DNA of 50,847 bases from an uncultured Bacilli bacterium (lineage in GTDB: Bacteria; Bacillota_I; Bacilli_A; RF39; UBA660). The stretch covers positions 1-50,847 of the forward strand of contig CANQYO010000003.1 of NCBI GenBank assembly GCA_947628095.1, written 5' to 3'. The stretch's first letter is position 1, and each line of letters begins with the position of its first letter. A model generated the notes under the pieces. It worked only from the letters and a program-made list of their open reading frames with translations, did not search any database and had not been told where the DNA came from. Positions 10,348 through 19,978 of this stretch are shown in pieces. A program made the translations under genes and the position numbers.

Positions 10348-11064
10348 CTATTTGAATAGTTCTTGTATTTCTTGATTGTAACTTAAATCTTGATTATAAA
10401 TATAAAAACTATCTTCAACTTTCAATCCATTATGTCCATTTTTAACTGCTTCAATTAAGAATAATTTAGCTTCTTTTTTAGAATAAGCATGAATAAATTT
10501 TATTCGTTTGGGCATTAATCTATATTTTCTTAATACATCTAATATTTCAATCAACCTTTCAGTTCTATGAACCATATAAAAAGAGGCATTGGTTTTAAGT
10601 AAATACGAAGATATACTTAATAATTCCTCCAAGTTCAATGTACTTTCATGTCGAGCTTTCGCCTTTATATCATTTTGGTTAATTAAAGTTTCTTTAAATG
10701 TTTTAAAATATGGCGGATTGACAGTAATTATATCAAAGTTTTCACCTTTAAACAAGTCTTTTAACTTTTTAACATCATAATTTATAATCTTAATTTGTTG
10801 TTCTTTATTATTAATTTTAACACTTTTAACTGCTAAATCATATATTTCTTTTTGTAATTCTACTCCATAAATCTCTGCTTTAGTTTTTTCTGATAAAATC
10901 AAAGGAATTGGAGCATTTCCCGTACATAAATCTAAAATCTTTTTATCACGCAATTTAACATTAACAAAACTAGGTAATAAAATAGCTTCAAGAGAAAATT
11001 TAAAATACTCGTCATTTTGATAAATTTTTAGATTTTTCCCAACGATTTCATTAACGACTTCCAT
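10348..11064 (-). CDS. yabB: tRNA1(Val) m6A37 methyltransferase (YabB/TrmN6-like)
   Basis: LDLCTGNA SAM motif, NPPY, ARHE; syntenic after yaaT. Confidence 0.9.
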   Translation of the reverse strand: MEVVNEIVGKNLKIYQNDEYFKFSLEAILLPSFVNVKLRDKKILDLCTGNAPIPLILSEKTKAEIYGVELQKEIYDLAVKSVKINNKEQQIKIINYDVKKLKDLFKGENFDIITVNPPYFKTFKETLINQNDIKAKARHESTLNLEELLSISSYLLKTNASFYMVHRTERLIEILDVLRKYRLMPKRIKFIHAYSKKEAKLFLIEAVKNGHNGLKVEDSFYIYNQDLSYNQEIQELFK

Positions 11065-11066
11065 AT

Positions 11067-11846
11067 TTATAATAAAACCTCTTCTTGAATATGTTGTTCA
11101 TTCTCTATTTTTATTTTTCGTTTTAATACATCAACATCTATTACTTTATAAATACTACCGTTATAGGTATAATCTTCACCTATATTAGGTAAACCTCTTT
11201 TAAGTTCTGTATAGGTATCGTCTTCATATGATAAGCAACATAGTAACCTGCCACATACTCCATTTATTTTAGTTGGGTTTAAAGCAAGTAATTGATTTTT
11301 AGCCATATTAATAGTAACACTGTTTAAATCAGTTAGAAAAGAATTACAGCATAAAAATCTTCCACAAGGACCAAGTCCTCCTATTTCTCTTGCTTTATCA
11401 CGAATACCAATTTGTCTTAATTCAATTCTTGTTTTATAAATTCCTGCAAGTTTTTTAGCTAATTCACGGAAATCAATTCTATCTTCAGCAGTAAAATTAA
11501 ATAATAATTGGCGTCTATCAAAAGTATAATTAGCATCTATTAAATTCATAGGAAGTTCTAATTCTGTTACTATCTTTTTAGCTTTTTTTAAAGCATAAGA
11601 ACTATCTTTTAAATTCTTTTCATAAATTTGTTTATCGTCCTTTGAAGCTATACGAATAATATCTTTTAAAGGACTTACTAATTTAGTTTCTTCTATTTCT
11701 TTAAATGCTTCTTGAACAAAGCCATATTGAAGACCTCTTTCAGTTTCAACAATAACCTCGTCTCCATCTTTTATCTCAAAATTCTTTCTATTAAAATAAT
11801 ATTTTCTCCCTTTAGGTGAAAATTTAATTCCTGCTACGCTAATCAC
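11067..11846 (-). CDS. yaaT: RicT/YaaT (PSP1-domain) protein
   Basis: RIDFRELAK, RIELRQIG.RD, GPCGR.LCC, KI.G.CGRLLCCL motifs. Confidence 0.95.
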   Translation of the reverse strand: MISVAGIKFSPKGRKYYFNRKNFEIKDGDEVIVETERGLQYGFVQEAFKEIEETKLVSPLKDIIRIASKDDKQIYEKNLKDSSYALKKAKKIVTELELPMNLIDANYTFDRRQLLFNFTAEDRIDFRELAKKLAGIYKTRIELRQIGIRDKAREIGGLGPCGRFLCCNSFLTDLNSVTINMAKNQLLALNPTKINGVCGRLLCCLSYEDDTYTELKRGLPNIGEDYTYNGSIYKVIDVDVLKRKIKIENEQHIQEEVLL

Positions 11847-12725
11847 TTACATCACCTCAAACTTTGACATTTCTATTACTAAACTATCTAAAAATAAGTT
11901 AATATTTAAATTTGGAAACATTGTTAATTTATTTTTAAATTCAACAATTATCTTTAAATAGTATATTAATTCTTCTTTTAAAATGCCTTTTAAAGACGAC
12001 TTTATTATATCATAAAAATTTAATTTAGTTATAGTATTTACTTGAAATTCTTGACTAATTCTAGTATCTAAAATAATCTCTAATATATTTAAAGCTCGAA
12101 TTATCTCAGTATTACTATTATATCTATCCTTAAAGTATTCTTTTAGATAAGGAATAGCATCTTCTTTTTTTCTATAAACTAATTCTAAAAAAGAAACTAA
12201 ATAAGTTATTTCTTCTAAATCATAAGTTATTTCTTGATTTGATTTTAATGTTATTAAAGAACATCTGGAATAAATAGTTGGTAAGATTTGTTTTTTATTA
12301 GTAGTTATTAAAATAGCATAAATTCCTTCTTCGGGTTCTTCAATAAATTTAAGTAAAGAATTGGCAGCATGAGTATTTAATTTATCAGCTTCTTTTATAA
12401 TATAAACTTGATTTAAACTATTAGACGATTTTAAACTTAAATTTTTCTTAATTTCTAAAATTTGTTCTTTTTTAATATATGCTCCATCAGGTTCTATAAT
12501 TTTTAAGTCTTCATAATAATTCTCGTCAATTAAATGACAGATATTGCAATCTTCACATTTTGAGTTATTAGTATAATGTTTAGAACATATTATCATTTTA
12601 GCAAACGCTAGAATAATTTTAAAACTAGCTTCTATATCGTCAACTTCAAATAAATACGCATGATAATATTTTTCTAAATTAACTGCATAATCATAAAATT
12701 TATTATCTTTAAAATCATCTAACAT
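11847..12725 (-). CDS. holB: DNA polymerase III delta' subunit
   Basis: HAYLF, Zn module C..C..C..C, NSLLKFIEEP, TIYSRC; upstream of yaaT. Confidence 0.9.
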   Translation of the reverse strand: MLDDFKDNKFYDYAVNLEKYYHAYLFEVDDIEASFKIILAFAKMIICSKHYTNNSKCEDCNICHLIDENYYEDLKIIEPDGAYIKKEQILEIKKNLSLKSSNSLNQVYIIKEADKLNTHAANSLLKFIEEPEEGIYAILITTNKKQILPTIYSRCSLITLKSNQEITYDLEEITYLVSFLELVYRKKEDAIPYLKEYFKDRYNSNTEIIRALNILEIILDTRISQEFQVNTITKLNFYDIIKSSLKGILKEELIYYLKIIVEFKNKLTMFPNLNINLFLDSLVIEMSKFEVM

Positions 12726-12732
12726 AATACAC

Positions 12733-12918
12733 CTACAGTCCTATTAATTTTAAAGCTAGAAGTCCTGATATACCAGGAATATCAAAAAGTCCAACTGTTA
12801 AAATTGTATAAAAATTTATGGGAATTGTAATATTAAACGAAACAGCTATTAAATTGTAAGCATAAAGCAAAAAGCCCCCTAGAACAATCTTTTTTAAATA
12901 TTTCAAAAATATATGCAT
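12733..12918 (-). CDS. bofA: BofA-family pro-sigmaK processing inhibitor
   Basis: Small hydrophobic protein with N....IPIN..T....G...IPG signature; downstream of recR as in Bacillus and Clostridium. Confidence 0.85.
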   Translation of the reverse strand: MHIFLKYLKKIVLGGFLLYAYNLIAVSFNITIPINFYTILTVGLFDIPGISGLLALKLIGL

Positions 12919-12936
12919 AAAACCACCTATAAAAAT

Positions 12937-13554
12937 TTATGAGTTGGTGGTTTCATTATATGATATTTTTTTACGATTATCGAAAGCTTTTTCTAAAGTC
13001 ATTGGGTCTATATATTCCATATCAGCTCCCATTGGAATTCCTGATGCAAGTCTTGATACTGTTATATTCATACCTGATAATATATTACTTATATAAAGTG
13101 CTGTCATTTCTCCCTCTAAACAAGGTTTTACAGCTATTATAATTTCTTTAAAATTACTGTTTTCTATTCGTTTAATTAATTTATCTAATCTAATATCTTC
13201 CGGATTAATACCATTGGTACTTGTAATTAAACCATTTAGTACATGATAATAACCATGAAATATTCCAAGTTTCTCAATTGATATAACTGTTTTAGGGTCT
13301 TCAACAATACATAGATAATCGCCATTTCTAAGTTTATCTTCACAGATAGAACAACAATCATTTTCAGTAAAATTATTACATATCTGACATCTTTTGATTT
13401 TAGCTTTTACATTATTGATACTTTCAGCTAAAAAATCAGTTTGAATTTTATCCATTCCTAAAACATGAAAGGCCATTCGTTCCGCTGTTTTTTCTCCAAT
13501 ACCTGGGAAATATTTAAAAGCTTCAATTAAATTACTTATACTTTTAGGATACAT
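12937..13554 (-). CDS. recR: Recombination mediator RecR
   Basis: PGIGEKTAER HhH, C4 Zn finger, VEDP TOPRIM, GIPMG. Confidence 0.97.
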   Translation of the reverse strand: MYPKSISNLIEAFKYFPGIGEKTAERMAFHVLGMDKIQTDFLAESINNVKAKIKRCQICNNFTENDCCSICEDKLRNGDYLCIVEDPKTVISIEKLGIFHGYYHVLNGLITSTNGINPEDIRLDKLIKRIENSNFKEIIIAVKPCLEGEMTALYISNILSGMNITVSRLASGIPMGADMEYIDPMTLEKAFDNRKKISYNETTNS

Positions 13555-13557
13555 AAT

Positions 13558-13857
13558 CTAAAATAAACCTGGCATACTATTCGTATATTTTCCCATTTTG
13601 GCTTCTGTCATTTTATCTATTTGTTTATTAACATCATTTACAGCAACTTGAATCATACTTTCTAAAAGTTCAATATCATCTATAGAAAAATCAGCATCTG
13701 GTTTTATAGTAACTTTTAAAATTTCTTTTTTACCATTTGCTGTTACAGTAACAAAAGAACTAGTAGCAGTAAATTCTGTTTTATCGATTTCCTCCTTAGC
13801 TTTAATCATATCTCTTTGTAAAGCTTGAGCTTGTTTCATAAGTGCTTGCATATTCAT
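13558..13857 (-). CDS. ebfC: YbaB/EbfC nucleoid-associated protein
   Basis: MNMQALMKQAQ..Q, MPGLF ending; lies between dnaX and recR. Confidence 0.93.
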   Translation of the reverse strand: MNMQALMKQAQALQRDMIKAKEEIDKTEFTATSSFVTVTANGKKEILKVTIKPDADFSIDDIELLESMIQVAVNDVNKQIDKMTEAKMGKYTNSMPGLF

Positions 13858-13868
13858 AATATCATCTC

Positions 13869-15680
13869 CTATTCAATTTCTACATAATCTTCTCCAAAGG
13901 TATCAATTGCTTTGGCTACTAAACTAGAGTAACATACTTTACTCTTATTTTCAACTTCAGATTCAAGAATTTTTATCATTGGTTCTTCTTCTTCTTGATA
14001 ATTATAATATTCTTTATCATTCATATGTTCTTTATAGTTTTGTACTTCTTCTTTAAACTCAACATCTGTTAGTAAAACTATTTTATATTCTTTTTCAAAA
14101 ATCTTAGTAATTAATTCCAAAGACTTATTGAAATTCTCATACAATTTATTAATAACTGAATCATATTTAGTAACAAATATAATGTTAGTATTACTTACAA
14201 CACCAATTTCACAATCTTTTAAAAGTCCAGCTATTTCACCAGTTTCTTGATTATTTATGTAATCAACTAGATTTTGCCATTTATCAATTGCCATATTTTT
14301 TAGCATTTTACTAGCAAGAGCAAAGGTATTATCAATTCTCTTTCTCTTGATTTTTTCATTTAATTGATATTTTATTAAAGGTATTTTATGTTCATTTCCC
14401 ACATCTTTTTGAGTTTCCAAATCATTTTTAGTATCTTTAGCTTCGGGTATTTCCTGGGAAATTGCTGTTTCAGAACTTTCGAAAGTTTTTTCTACTGATT
14501 TTTCTACCGTTTGTTCCATTGATTTTACTTGGTCTATACCTTTTTTTTCTATTGGTTTCACTTGTTCTAAAACCTTTTCAGCCATTTTTTTAGAATTACT
14601 TAAATGAATATTTTCTTGATTTTCTATTTTAATTTCTGTTTCGTTTTTATCTCTATTCATGAAAGTTAATAATTCAACTTCTAAAATTATCTTTCGATTA
14701 GCTGCTTCTTTTAAAAGATTATAACTTTCATTTAAACAAATAATTAAATTATATAAATCTGTTGGTTTATATTTATTAGTTTGATTTATATAGCAATCAA
14801 CCAATAAATCTCTTAACTCTTGCATAATCTTTTCAATTAATTTAGAAAAATCATAACCAAGATTATCAAATTCATTTAACGTATTGATTACATCTGTCAT
14901 TTTATAATTCAATATCTCATCTATAAATTTATCAATATCACTTTTAGAAATTAAGCCATTGATACTTAAGAAATCTTCTTTGGTTATTTCTTTTAAGGAA
15001 TATGATGCTAACTTATCAAGCATACCTAAAGCATCACGCATTCCACCTTCTGAATAAACAGCTATTTCATGAATTGCCTCATCTTGAATTTTTATTTTTT
15101 CGAGTTTAGAAATTTCTTTCAATCTTTTTTCGATATTCTCAGTTTTAATTCTTGTAAAATTCAAACATTGACATCTTGATACAATAGTTGTTGGTACTTT
15201 ATAAAATTCAGTGGTTGCTAAAATAAAAATTACATGACTAGGTGGTTCTTCTAATGTTTTTAAAAGAGCATTAAAAGCACTTATTGATAACATATGAACT
15301 TCGTCAATTATATATACTTTATATTTTAATTTATTGGGTACTAAATTTATTTTACTTTTTAATTCTCGAATTTCGTCGACACCATTATTACTAGCAGCAT
15401 CAATCTCAATAATATCAGAACTGTTATTTTCAATATCTAAACAATTCTCACATTTGCCACAAGTAGAAAAATCTTTTTGTATATCTAAGCAATTCACAGT
15501 TTTAGCAAGCAATTTAGCAATTGTTGTTTTACCTGTTCCTCTTGGTCCTGAAAAAAGATAGGCATGTGAAATTTTATTTTCTTTAATAGAATTAGTTATA
15601 ATCTTTAAAGTACTTTCTTGGTCAACCACATCACTGAATTTACTAGGTCTATATTTACGATATAATGCTTGGTATTCCAT
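13869..15680 (-). CDS. dnaX: DNA polymerase III gamma/tau subunit
   Basis: YQALYRKYRP, GPRGTGKT, EIDAASNNGV, DEVHML, NALLKTLEEPP, SRC. Confidence 0.97.
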   Translation of the reverse strand: MEYQALYRKYRPSKFSDVVDQESTLKIITNSIKENKISHAYLFSGPRGTGKTTIAKLLAKTVNCLDIQKDFSTCGKCENCLDIENNSSDIIEIDAASNNGVDEIRELKSKINLVPNKLKYKVYIIDEVHMLSISAFNALLKTLEEPPSHVIFILATTEFYKVPTTIVSRCQCLNFTRIKTENIEKRLKEISKLEKIKIQDEAIHEIAVYSEGGMRDALGMLDKLASYSLKEITKEDFLSINGLISKSDIDKFIDEILNYKMTDVINTLNEFDNLGYDFSKLIEKIMQELRDLLVDCYINQTNKYKPTDLYNLIICLNESYNLLKEAANRKIILEVELLTFMNRDKNETEIKIENQENIHLSNSKKMAEKVLEQVKPIEKKGIDQVKSMEQTVEKSVEKTFESSETAISQEIPEAKDTKNDLETQKDVGNEHKIPLIKYQLNEKIKRKRIDNTFALASKMLKNMAIDKWQNLVDYINNQETGEIAGLLKDCEIGVVSNTNIIFVTKYDSVINKLYENFNKSLELITKIFEKEYKIVLLTDVEFKEEVQNYKEHMNDKEYYNYQEEEEPMIKILESEVENKSKVCYSSLVAKAIDTFGEDYVEIE

Positions 15681-15743
15681 AATTTCACCGCCCTTTCATA
15701 CTAATTTTATTATACAATAAAAAATTATTTCTTGCGAAATAAT

Positions 15744-16208
15744 TTACTTAATTTTACCATTTTTTCTCTGTTTTTTGAAAAACATTGAGAGAATTTCACT
15801 ACATTCTTCTTTTAAAACATTATCTTTCATTTCTAGTAATAGATTACCTTTCTCGTCATGAAAGAGCATATCAACAATTTTTTGATTTTTCATATCAAGA
15901 CTTGGAGCTCCAATTACTATTTTTTTAATACGTGATTGAACAATAGCACTAGCACACATTGAACAAGGAAACAATGTCACGTATAAAGTTGCATCATTTA
16001 ATCGCCAATCCTTTATCTTTTTACTAGCTTTTTTTATAGCTATCAATTCAGCATGATTGGTTATTAAACCTGTAAATTCTCTTTTATTATGCCCTATACC
16101 AATTATTTTATCATTTAATACAATAATAGCTCCAACAGGTACTTCGTCCTTTTTAAAGGCCTTTTCAGCTTCTTTTAGAGCTATATTCATATAATACTCA
16201 TCATTCAT
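15744..16208 (-). CDS. tadA: tRNA adenosine(34) deaminase
   Basis: EVPVGA, HAE, PCSMC Zn motifs. Start set at ATG 16208 because the longer ORF (16238) overlaps the SRP RNA. Confidence 0.92.
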   Translation of the reverse strand: MNDEYYMNIALKEAEKAFKKDEVPVGAIIVLNDKIIGIGHNKREFTGLITNHAELIAIKKASKKIKDWRLNDATLYVTLFPCSMCASAIVQSRIKKIVIGAPSLDMKNQKIVDMLFHDEKGNLLLEMKDNVLKEECSEILSMFFKKQRKNGKIK

Positions 16209-16232
16209 AAAACTATTCTTTCTAAACAAAAA

Positions 16233-16306
16233 GTGCACATAAAAGAGTTATGTTAAGGCTGCTGGCTTCCGCCCCTGACCTGGTTCCATTTCTTTTATTG
16301 CACGAC
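16233..16306 (-). ncRNA. ffs: Small (4.5S-type) SRP RNA
   Basis: Minus strand GTGCAATAAAAGA..GAACCAGGTCAGGGGC-GGAA-GCCAGCAGCC..TCTTTTATGTGCAC: conserved S-domain (CAGG, GNRA tetraloop, AGCAG) in a closed hairpin; tadA/dnaX synteny; upstream TTGTAT-N17-TAAAAT promoter. Confidence 0.92.
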
Positions 16307-16423
16307 TATATTTTATACTATAATTGTAATTAATACAAGTATTTTCGTAAATTTTATAAGAGATTTAAATTGAATTTAAAGTATTATTGTTTCAAAAGAT
16401 TATCAAGAATACTTTAATTTTTC

Positions 16424-17029
16424 TTATTCTGTTGTTTTAGTTAGTATCTTATCTTTTTCAAGAAAATTTGTACTACATGATTTAGCTTTCTCAAAAAACT
16501 CTACATCATGATAAGCTAATTTCTTACGTATAAAATTATTAATATCTTTTAAAGTATTGGGTAAATTTAAACTTTCTGCTTCTTCTTGATATGTATCACT
16601 TAAAAAATAATCTAATAAACTGCTTGGTAAAATATTAGGTCGGAATTTGCCAAATTGGTCTGCTCCTGATTGAGATAATATTGTATCAAAGAATAATTCT
16701 ATATAATGGCGATTAGTCATAATAATATCTAAAGCATTATCCTTATTTTCCATATTAATTCCATAAATTAAACATTCTCTTAAAGATAGATTAAAGTTAT
16801 AACGTATAAATCTTAATAGCTTTAAAAACTCTTTATCATAATCGTCTCGCATTTGAAACGATACTAAGGACATTAATAATTCAAATTTACCTGCTGGAGT
16901 TAGGACCACTTCACCATCTGGCTTTTTTCTCCACCAAATTCGAGAATTTTTATCTTTATTATTTTCTTTCTTTTTTTCTTTCATAATAACTATCATTCCT
17001 TTCAATTCCTTCAAGGTGCACATAGTCAT
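16424..17029 (-). CDS. Hypothetical protein
   Basis: 201-aa ORF (true start probably near 16984, MKEKKK, after AAGGAATG); own extended -10 (TGGTATAAT, near 17083-17091). Confidence 0.7.
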   Translation of the reverse strand: MTMCTLKELKGMIVIMKEKKKENNKDKNSRIWWRKKPDGEVVLTPAGKFELLMSLVSFQMRDDYDKEFLKLLRFIRYNFNLSLRECLIYGINMENKDNALDIIMTNRHYIELFFDTILSQSGADQFGKFRPNILPSSLLDYFLSDTYQEEAESLNLPNTLKDINNFIRKKLAYHDVEFFEKAKSCSTNFLEKDKILTKTTE

Positions 17030-17257
17030 GAATTTTGAATAAAATTTATTTTTATATTCAGACTATCACCACTAGTTCTTTATTATACCATAAAGTTAAA
17101 AAATATGTCATATTTTTGTCAATACTGTTGACAGAGTTTTAAATTTTGAATTATACTAACCTTATAATATAACTAAGTATTATTGCAGGTGGCTTGGTTA
17201 AAAAGCCCGGTTTCTTGAAAAACGGAATAAGTTACATTTGTATTAAGAATAATCACG

Positions 17258-17285
17258 AAAACCCTTTATAGATAAAGAGTTTTTA
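17258..17285 (-). terminator. gyrA intrinsic terminator (possibly bidirectional)
   Basis: Inverted repeat AAAAACTCTTTAT/ATAAAGGGTTTT on the minus strand just past the gyrA stop. Confidence 0.65.
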
Positions 17286-17332
17286 TATATATTTTTACTT
17301 CGGTACTTTTAAATTTAAAGAAAAAGAAGATG

Positions 17333-19969
17333 CTATTCAGCACCTTCTTTATTTTCTTCAACGACAGTTTCTTTTTCTTCAGATTGATTAGCTTCTGAAG
17401 TTATATTTTCACTATTTTCTTCCTCTTCTTCTTTATCTAAAACAACAACAGTTGCAACTTTATGATTATCTTTTAAGTTGATTAAACGTACTCCTTGAGT
17501 TGCTCTTCTTAAAGTAGATACTTGTTCTAGTGAAATACGAATTATAATACCAGCATCAGTAATCATGATTAAGTCTTCATTGCCTAAAACAGCATTAAGA
17601 GTGACTAAACTTCCGTTCTTATCAGTTACATTCAAGGCTTTAACACCTTTACTACCACGATGGGTTAGACGATATTCTTCAATTGGAGTTTTCTTACCAT
17701 AACCATTTTCCGTTACAATTAAAACTTCTTGATTAGAATTAATTACCTCGCCACCTACTACTATAGAATCACCTAAATCTATTCCTCTTACACCAGAAGC
17801 TGTTCTTCCCATAATACGTACTTCGTTTTCAATGAAACGTACCATACGACCATTTGAAGAGCCAATAATTATTTCATTTTCACCAGTTGTCTTTTGAACA
17901 GAAATTAACTCATCATCTTCTTTTAAAGATATAGCAATCTTTCCATTATTTCTAATATTATCAAATTCTTCTAAGTTAGTACGTTTTACGATACCTTTTT
18001 TCGTAATAAAGAATAAGTATTTATATACATCTTCATTAGGTTTTAAAGAGATTACAGAACTAATTTTTTCATCTTTTTCAAGTGCTAATAAATTGATAAT
18101 TGGCAAGCCCTTACTTTGACGATTGAATTCTGGTATTTCATAACCTTTCATACGATATACTTTACCTTTATTACTAAAGAATAAAATATAATCATGTGTC
18201 TCAGCATTTATCATTTTATAAGCAAAATCTTCTTCATTGGTTGTCATTCCTTTAATTCCTACACCGCCACGATTTTGAGTTCTATATTCAGATACTAACA
18301 TTCTCTTGATATAACCTTTTTTAGTTAAGGCAATTAAAGTATTTTCAACTGGAATTAAAGATTCGTCTTCTATATAATCAATTGCTGTCATATCGATAGT
18401 TGTTCTTCTATCATCAGAGTATTTCTTTTTAATTTCTAACATTTCTTCTTTAATAATATTTAATACTCTTTCATTAGATGCTAAAATTTCTTTATAATCT
18501 GTTATTTTAATCAATAAGTCAGCAAGTTCACTTTCAACTTTACCACGTTCTAAGCCAGTTAAACGACGTAGACGCATTTCAAGAATACTATTAGCTTGAA
18601 TTTCGTCAAGATTAAAGCGTCCCATTAACTTTTGACGAGCTTCTTCATCACTTTCAGCTCCACGAATAATTTTAACTATTTCATCAATGTTATCAAGAGC
18701 AATCTTTAAACCTTCTAAAATATGTACTCTTTCTTCGGCTTTCTTTAAATCATATTGAGTTCTTCTAATGATAACCTCTTTTTGATGGTCAATATATTTA
18801 GATATAATATCTTTTAAACCTAAAGTTTTAGGAGTTTTTCCATCTATCATTAAGAAAATAATTCCGTAATTAACTTGAAAATTAGTATGCTTATATAAGT
18901 TATTTAAAACAACTTGAGGGTTAGCATCACGTTTTAAAGTAATAGTAATCTTTACGCCATCTTTTAAATCTGTATGATAATCTGATATTCCATCAATGAC
19001 TTTATTATGAACAAGTTCAGCAACTTTATTCTTAAGTTCCATTGTATTAACACCATATGGTACTTCAGTTATCACAATATTACTATGATTTTTTCCTTCT
19101 TCAATGGTTGCACGACTTCTTATAGTAATGCTACCTCGACCAGTTTCATAAGCTTTTTTAATTCCAGAATTTCCTAGAATAATACCACCAGTTGGGAAAT
19201 CTGGTCCTTTTATATATTGCATTAAACCATTTGTATCAATATCTGGGTTATCTATATAAGCAATACAACCATCAATTACTTCTCCTAAATTATGTGGTGG
19301 AATATTGGTTGCCATACCAACAGCAATTCCCATTGAACCATTTACTAAAATATTTGGAAATCTTGATGGTAAAACAACAGGCTCGTCTAAAGTCTCGTCA
19401 AAGTTTTTCATCATATCAACAGTATCTTTATTGATATCACGAAGAAGTTCAAGTGATAACTTTGATAAACGTGATTCAGTGTAACGCATAGCTGCTGCTC
19501 CATCACCTTCAATATTACCAAAGTTTCCATGACCATCAATTAAAGTATATCTTTGATTAAAATCTTGAGCAAGTCTTACCATTGCTTCATAGATTGAAGA
19601 ATCTCCATGTGGATGATAATTACCCATAACTTCACCAACAGTTTTAGCACTTTTACGGTGAGGTTTATCAGGCGTATAACCAGATTCATACATTGACCAT
19701 AAAATACGTCTATGAACTGGTTTTAAACCATCTCTTAAATCAGGAATTGCACGGGAAATAATAACACTTAAAGAGTATTCCAAGAAAGAATTAGAAACTT
19801 CATTAACTATATTTTCTTCTGTTAATTTATCATGTTCATGAAATTCTCCTCCAAAATCAGTATTTATAGATTCATCTTCTTCAGTTTCAGATACAATTTC
19901 CGCATCAGGTTCATTTTTATCTTCTTCTGCTCTTTTTAATAATTCATTTAATTCATTATCTTCTTCCAT
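17333..19969 (-). CDS. gyrA: DNA gyrase subunit A
   Basis: DGLKPVHRR, YHPHGDSS, AAMRYTE catalytic Tyr, GyrA-box QNRGGVG, beta-pinwheel repeats. Confidence 0.98.
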   Translation of the reverse strand: MEEDNELNELLKRAEEDKNEPDAEIVSETEEDESINTDFGGEFHEHDKLTEENIVNEVSNSFLEYSLSVIISRAIPDLRDGLKPVHRRILWSMYESGYTPDKPHRKSAKTVGEVMGNYHPHGDSSIYEAMVRLAQDFNQRYTLIDGHGNFGNIEGDGAAAMRYTESRLSKLSLELLRDINKDTVDMMKNFDETLDEPVVLPSRFPNILVNGSMGIAVGMATNIPPHNLGEVIDGCIAYIDNPDIDTNGLMQYIKGPDFPTGGIILGNSGIKKAYETGRGSITIRSRATIEEGKNHSNIVITEVPYGVNTMELKNKVAELVHNKVIDGISDYHTDLKDGVKITITLKRDANPQVVLNNLYKHTNFQVNYGIIFLMIDGKTPKTLGLKDIISKYIDHQKEVIIRRTQYDLKKAEERVHILEGLKIALDNIDEIVKIIRGAESDEEARQKLMGRFNLDEIQANSILEMRLRRLTGLERGKVESELADLLIKITDYKEILASNERVLNIIKEEMLEIKKKYSDDRRTTIDMTAIDYIEDESLIPVENTLIALTKKGYIKRMLVSEYRTQNRGGVGIKGMTTNEEDFAYKMINAETHDYILFFSNKGKVYRMKGYEIPEFNRQSKGLPIINLLALEKDEKISSVISLKPNEDVYKYLFFITKKGIVKRTNLEEFDNIRNNGKIAISLKEDDELISVQKTTGENEIIIGSSNGRMVRFIENEVRIMGRTASGVRGIDLGDSIVVGGEVINSNQEVLIVTENGYGKKTPIEEYRLTHRGSKGVKALNVTDKNGSLVTLNAVLGNEDLIMITDAGIIIRISLEQVSTLRRATQGVRLINLKDNHKVATVVVLDKEEEEENSENITSEANQSEEKETVVEENKEGAE

Positions 19970-19978
19970 GTTACCCTC

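Noticed and set aside
16209..16238. N-terminal extension of TadA given by the ORF track
   Set aside because: Overlaps the SRP RNA 3' end; ATG 16208 gives a normal-length TadA.
17185..17226. CCGGTTT-CTTGAAA-AACGG resembles a tRNA-Ser(UGA) anticodon arm
   Set aside because: No T-arm (GTTCRA), no acceptor stem, and the anticodon stem is out of register; not a tRNA.
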